From an uncultured virus (IMG/VR IMGVR_UViG_3300009036_000501) (Duplodnaviria > Heunggongvirae > Uroviricota > Caudoviricetes): a stretch of DNA of 20,000 bases. A program made the translations under genes and the position numbers. The notes beneath the pieces were generated by a model that saw nothing but the letters and a program-made list of their open reading frames with translations, did not search any database and had not been told where the DNA came from. The stretch lies in the IMG/VR virus record IMGVR_UViG_3300009036_000501; one strand, written 5' to 3'. Positions 15,687 to 20,000 of the stretch are shown here, piece by piece (positions within the stretch are counted from its first letter, which is position 1; each line of letters starts with the position of its first letter).

Positions 15687-17681
15687 ATGGGAGATAACGA
15701 AGATCGTCAGGACGGAATTGGCATTACTCTGGCAAAACGAGCCTTGAAGTATTACAAGTCCATAGGGATTGTCACTATTGCATCTGTAACTGCCATATTC
15801 ATCATAGGCATAATTTTTCTCATAATACTAACATCATCGCAAAAAATACCTGACTTGGAGAAATTGAAAAAGAGTACTTACATGTCCCTAGAACCAACCG
15901 CTCTTGCTTTGAAAGAGATACCTTCAGATCAGATGGAAATATTCAGGGAGGGGCAAAAAAATTATAATATTCCATGGACTGTGCTAGCTGCAGTGTCCAA
16001 AAACCGGACTAAGTTCGGAAAAGAGATATATAGAAACACTTATGGAGTATTTGGATTGGATTCGGTCTGGTGGAGTGGTCCGGGATCAAAAAAATATAGT
16101 TTAGATCCTGAGGGAAATATAGCAAACAAAGGAAACGGTAAAAACGAATACGACATTCCAGACAACTTAGATGACATCGATGCGGCATATGCGGCATGCG
16201 AGCAACCTAGACCTTACCCGAATCCGCCAGGAACCCTGTGGACACGATCTGACGCATATTGGAGTGAACCCTCTCCCCCAGCAAATACTACTTCTAGTAC
16301 TGCTGGGACATCAAGTAATACCACTGTGTCAGCAAACAATACTTCATCGACACCCGTGGTAAGACTAGCGAGTACAACCTCAACAAGCACCTCTGGGACG
16401 TCAAGTAAGCCCAAGCCGTGCAACATACCGGCTCCAGTGTATACGGCAGATCCAAAAGACGACAGAGATGCAACAATGGCAGTTGCCAAGTACTTAGTAG
16501 ATCATAATTTCTCTGAGGATCCTCGAGGAGCACTACAAGACCTGCTTGGCCGTAGAGTTGTAGCCAACATCGTTATCATACAAGCGACAAAATATGGTGT
16601 TTTGGTAGACGCATCCACTTTGCCCAACATGTCCTTTGAAGACAACCAAATCCCAGCTAAGTACATCCCTATATATCAGGCCGCAGCGGAGAAGTTCAAC
16701 GTACCTTGGACTCTTCTAGCTGCTCATCACAGGGTAGAGACCAGATTTTCAACACACCGACCAATGGTTTCTTCTGCTGGGGCAGAGGGGCACATGCAAT
16801 TCATGCCGTGTACGTGGGTAGGTTGGTCGGCACCAGGATGTAAAGGTTCCAACGGTAAGGGCGATATTCCTTCCGCAGATAAAACAAGTCCCGAAGCTAT
16901 ATCGAGATATGGCGGGTATGGTTTAGATGCGAATGGAGATGGGAAAGCCGATATGTGGAATATAGAAGATGCCATTTACTCAGCGGCATCGTACCTATCA
17001 AGAAATGGAGCATCTAGTGGAGATTTAAGAAAAGCCATATATGCTTATAACCATAGTGAAACTTATATACAAAACGTATTGTACTTCAAAAACACTTATG
17101 ACAATGGATATGTAGCTGTTGATGAGAACTCTGGGTTTAACGGAACTTCAAACCCCTACATCATATGGCCTGTGGATCAGTCCAAATCCACTTTGTCTAG
17201 CCCGTATTACTACCGATTCCACCCAGTCGATCTAGTTTACAAATGGCATAGGGGCATAGACATTGCAAGATCAAATCGTTCGGCTCCATCGCCTTCTATT
17301 ATGGCTATAGCAGATGGACGTGTGGTGTGGTCCGATGTAGGATTCGCAGGTTCAGGATACGGTGGTCTTGGCAATTCGGTTGCCATAGATCATGGGAATG
17401 GAATATATTCCCTGTATGCACATATGGTTCCGGGCAGTGTACGTGTTCAAGCGGGACAAAATGTAAGACAAGGAGATATACTAGGAACCATGGGTATGTC
17501 TGGAAAAGTAAGCGGTATACATCTCCATTTTGAGATACACATTGGATCTCCAAAACATATTGAGGGATCGACTATGTTCTTGAATCCGCAATGTGTATAC
17601 AAGGCACTTTCAGGCAATCAGTCAGGTGACTGGAGGTCAACCCTTAACTCACTTGGTGCAGACAGACTGCAAAAATGCTAA
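15687..17681 (+). CDS. Conjugative cell-wall hydrolase (VirB1-like): TM anchor + degenerate SLT + lytic transglycosylase + M23 peptidase
   Basis: SLT motifs VPWTLLAAHHRVETRF, SSAGAEGHMQFMP.TW, DANGDG, DAIYSAASYL, AIYAYNH. M23 motifs HRGID, YAH and HLHFE. An earlier copy reads IPWTVLAAVSKNRTKF. Confidence 0.9.
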   Translation: MGDNEDRQDGIGITLAKRALKYYKSIGIVTIASVTAIFIIGIIFLIILTSSQKIPDLEKLKKSTYMSLEPTALALKEIPSDQMEIFREGQKNYNIPWTVLAAVSKNRTKFGKEIYRNTYGVFGLDSVWWSGPGSKKYSLDPEGNIANKGNGKNEYDIPDNLDDIDAAYAACEQPRPYPNPPGTLWTRSDAYWSEPSPPANTTSSTAGTSSNTTVSANNTSSTPVVRLASTTSTSTSGTSSKPKPCNIPAPVYTADPKDDRDATMAVAKYLVDHNFSEDPRGALQDLLGRRVVANIVIIQATKYGVLVDASTLPNMSFEDNQIPAKYIPIYQAAAEKFNVPWTLLAAHHRVETRFSTHRPMVSSAGAEGHMQFMPCTWVGWSAPGCKGSNGKGDIPSADKTSPEAISRYGGYGLDANGDGKADMWNIEDAIYSAASYLSRNGASSGDLRKAIYAYNHSETYIQNVLYFKNTYDNGYVAVDENSGFNGTSNPYIIWPVDQSKSTLSSPYYYRFHPVDLVYKWHRGIDIARSNRSAPSPSIMAIADGRVVWSDVGFAGSGYGGLGNSVAIDHGNGIYSLYAHMVPGSVRVQAGQNVRQGDILGTMGMSGKVSGIHLHFEIHIGSPKHIEGSTMFLNPQCVYKALSGNQSGDWRSTLNSLGADRLQKC

Positions 17682-17694
17682 AGGAGGAACACAC

Positions 17695-18447
17695 ATGAGC
17701 GAAGAGAAATCTAAGTTTTCTGTTTCAGATAAGGTGAAAGTAGGACTTGTCGTGGGGGTGATTGGTATAGCCATTATAGTGAATCAGGTGCTATATAACA
17801 CATCTGCCCCTCCAATGGACACCATTACTCCAGAGCCTCAGAAGGGGTCTCAGCAGATAATAGATAATAATATAGCCAAACAACAAGCCGAATTGGAACG
17901 ACAGAAAAAATTACAGGAGTTGAATGTGGAGAAAGAGAGCGAGCTAACCCTCGACTCTCTCCTCCCTGATGGTACGAACATTATGGTAGTGAGCCCTAGT
18001 CCTGAAGCCGTTGGGAAAGGAAGCCTGACATATTTGATAACAAAAGGAAAGACCGACACTCGGCATGAGATAACTTGGCAGGGTAACAGTTTTGCCTATG
18101 CAACACCAACATCAACAGATCCATTATATCTATCCTCTATGTTCGCGTCCTATCTGTTAAATCGTGATTCAGTGCAACTTGGGTCCTTAAAGTCCTATAT
18201 AGATGCTGAGTTGTTGAAATATACTTCTGATCCCAGTATGTTGGTGGTGAAAGATAAGACAATGACTAGTATGTCCTTCAGTCTACGCGAGAGCCAATTA
18301 GTGGTTGACTACATATTGGCAGATCATGTCGATGGGACAGATGACGAGATATTTGTGGATATGGGTGTATATCTTGAATTCAAGGGTAACAAATGGATTA
18401 TAACTGATGTAGACATCAGAAAAGAGGGTGATCAATTTGGCATATAG
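17695..18447 (+). CDS. Membrane-anchored hypothetical protein of the transfer operon (YddI-like position)
   Basis: RBS AAGGAGG before ATG 17695. One TM helix (VGLVVGVIGIAIIV), a short coiled coil, and a C-terminus LEFKGNKWIITDV typical of NTF2-like folds. Confidence 0.75.
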   Translation: MSEEKSKFSVSDKVKVGLVVGVIGIAIIVNQVLYNTSAPPMDTITPEPQKGSQQIIDNNIAKQQAELERQKKLQELNVEKESELTLDSLLPDGTNIMVVSPSPEAVGKGSLTYLITKGKTDTRHEITWQGNSFAYATPTSTDPLYLSSMFASYLLNRDSVQLGSLKSYIDAELLKYTSDPSMLVVKDKTMTSMSFSLRESQLVVDYILADHVDGTDDEIFVDMGVYLEFKGNKWIITDVDIRKEGDQFGI

Positions 18448-19045
18448 TATTGTCATAGACTACACCAATGATTTGAGTATCGGAAACTTTCTGAATTCAG
18501 AAACATGTTCAGATATAGGAATAAATGCGGTGCAGGTTAACTCTGTCGATATGCTGTCTCGGGCACTGACAGAGTATAGGCCGAATGCGATTGTATTGAG
18601 TACCAGTACGACCAGTGTGTCCGATATGCATGCTTTAATAACAGGAAATGTAGGACAATATAACTACATTATATGCACGGGCGAAATAAAGAATAAAAAA
18701 GATAAGCAACAATTGAAATTATTGCAAGAAGAATATAACTGTAATATAATAGGAAGTGTAGTGACAGACTTGTTGATGCTCAATAGTCTCATCACATGTA
18801 TTGGTGATGTCACCCATGTACCACATAATTCTCACACACCACAAATAGTGGAGGACGTATTTTACAAAGAAGAACCGTATAAAGAGGCGCCAATATCTGA
18901 TATAGAGGTCACTTCTACAGAGCACGAAGCTATAGAAGGACATGCACTAGTTTCCCCACAAGTGCCAGAATACAAAGAAGAAGCACAACCAAATTTACCA
19001 TCTAGATTCGTGAATAATGACGATGACGATGATGTGGAATTTTGA
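18437..19045 (+). CDS. Hypothetical protein with degenerate receiver-like domain and acidic tail
   Basis: VQVNSVDMLSRALTEYRPNAIVLS resembles REC beta2-alpha2-beta3 without the phospho-acceptor Asp. Ends NNDDDDDVEF. TTG 18437 follows AGAGGGTGA. Confidence 0.7.
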   Translation: MAYSIVIDYTNDLSIGNFLNSETCSDIGINAVQVNSVDMLSRALTEYRPNAIVLSTSTTSVSDMHALITGNVGQYNYIICTGEIKNKKDKQQLKLLQEEYNCNIIGSVVTDLLMLNSLITCIGDVTHVPHNSHTPQIVEDVFYKEEPYKEAPISDIEVTSTEHEAIEGHALVSPQVPEYKEEAQPNLPSRFVNNDDDDDVEF

Positions 19046-19073
19046 ATAAATAGCATTGAGGAAGGTGTTATAT

Positions 19074-20000
19074 ATGTCGAAAAAGACTTGCATTCTAGCT
19101 ATTAATAAGCCCGAGATAGAAAATTGGATGCATGGAGTGGACAGAGAGGGTAAACTAGCGACATTCCCAATCTGGGAAGATCTGCATGTACTAGATATAT
19201 TGCAGGATTCTCGTGATGTCATTCCAAGTATAGAAAATAACAACCCAAGTATACTGTTTATCTCCAACTTGCTGGGTTCTACCGAAAGCCTAAAGATGCT
19301 GTTGAAACGGTGCAGACAATCCTACCCACAAGTTCGTGTAGTCTTCTTGTTGTGGGGCAGTGAAAAAAATGTACAAGAACTGATTCACTTTTCTTTACAG
19401 CACACTATCACGACGGACTTAATTACCAAAGTTACAGCGAAGATGATCAATAATATTCTAAGTGAATCTCTAAGTCTCGAGGAAGCGGAAGGGCTGAGAG
19501 ACCCACAATATAAGTATGTGGAACAGGAAGAGATACCACAAAAAGCTTTACCTGAGGCGAAGGAACCACGTAAATCTTTCTTTCCGAAAAAAGGTACAGC
19601 ACCTGATCATAAAAAATCTGCAAAAGATAGACTCTCGTTTGATGCCTTGACCAGTAAACTGAGAGGAAACAAGGGCAATGATGTCCCACCGAAAGTGATG
19701 ATAGAGCAAGGGAAACAAGGTGAAGAAACATTAAGCACAGAGGCTGTTCAAGCACCTTTGTCTCCAGAATATGTAGGAGAGACACCGACTGTATCCGGAC
19801 CCGTTGAAACAGTGAGGGTGCCAATATCGGAACCTGCTCCTACACACACTCAAGTACAAAAACCAAAACCCGTACCGGAGCCAATTCCAGTACCAAAACC
19901 TGCACCAGAGCCAATTCCAGTGCCTAAACCTGCACCAGAGCCAATTCCAGTGCCTAAACCTGCACCAGAGCCAATTCCAGTGCCTAAACCTGCACCAGAG
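19074..20000 (+). CDS. Partial protein: degenerate receiver-like N-terminal domain + Pro-rich repeat linker (possible CpaE/TadZ/ParA-like protein)
   Basis: Absent from the ORF track because it has no stop codon in the window. Open from ATG 19074 (RBS GGAAGGTG): MSKKTCILAINKPEIENW...SIENNNPSILFISNLL...LLKRCRQSYPQVRVVFLL... Confidence 0.8.
   Translation, partial: MSKKTCILAINKPEIENWMHGVDREGKLATFPIWEDLHVLDILQDSRDVIPSIENNNPSILFISNLLGSTESLKMLLKRCRQSYPQVRVVFLLWGSEKNVQELIHFSLQHTITTDLITKVTAKMINNILSESLSLEEAEGLRDPQYKYVEQEEIPQKALPEAKEPRKSFFPKKGTAPDHKKSAKDRLSFDALTSKLRGNKGNDVPPKVMIEQGKQGEETLSTEAVQAPLSPEYVGETPTVSGPVETVRVPISEPAPTHTQVQKPKPVPEPIPVPKPAPEPIPVPKPAPEPIPVPKPAPEPIPVPKPAPE
19863..20000 (+). repeat. 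30-bp coding tandem repeat (PKPAPEPIPV), at least 4.6 copies
   Basis: Unit CC(A/T)AAACCTGCACCAGAGCCAATTCCAGT(A/G) starts at 19863 (degenerate), 19893, 19923, 19953 and 19983 (truncated by the window edge). Confidence 0.95.

Larger units (their letters stand above)
7200..20000 (+). mobile_element. Transfer (MPF_FA-type T4SS) operon of a conjugative plasmid or ICE
   Basis: Gene order TcpC - small membrane protein - TcpE - VirB4 - VirB6-like - wall hydrolase matches ICEBs1 conB-conC-conD-conE-conG-cwlT. Confidence 0.88.

Noticed and set aside
19863..20000. Possible CRISPR array or iterons
   Set aside because: The units are head-to-tail with no spacers and are in frame within a coding sequence.

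Overview
The window looks like part of a large Firmicutes (Bacillales-like) conjugative element, either a plasmid or an ICE. All credible protein genes lie on the + strand. The left part (1-7000) is a series of separately promoted accessory cassettes: (i) an orphan C5 DNA-cytosine methyltransferase resembling the multispecific Bacillus-phage enzymes, with a 344-aa LAGLIDADG intein inserted in its catalytic Pro-Cys motif; (ii) a probable ~100-nt sRNA on the - strand with a consensus promoter and terminator; (iii) two hypothetical proteins; (iv) a three-gene nucleotide operon encoding a thymidylate kinase, an adenylate-kinase-like NMP kinase and a nucleoside-deoxyribosyltransferase-like::dUTPase fusion. 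The right part (7200-20000) is a long transfer operon: a YdjM-like membrane hydrolase, then an MPF_FA-type T4SS in ICEBs1/pCW3 gene order (TcpC/ConB, small pilin-like protein, TcpE/ConD, VirB4/ConE, VirB6-like ConG/TcpH, tandem-SLT+M23 wall hydrolase, membrane protein). It continues into two degenerate receiver-like proteins, the last with a PKPAPEPIPV tandem repeat and truncated by the window edge. No relaxase, coupling protein, integrase or replication gene is visible. All family calls come from motif recognition by eye, not from database searches.
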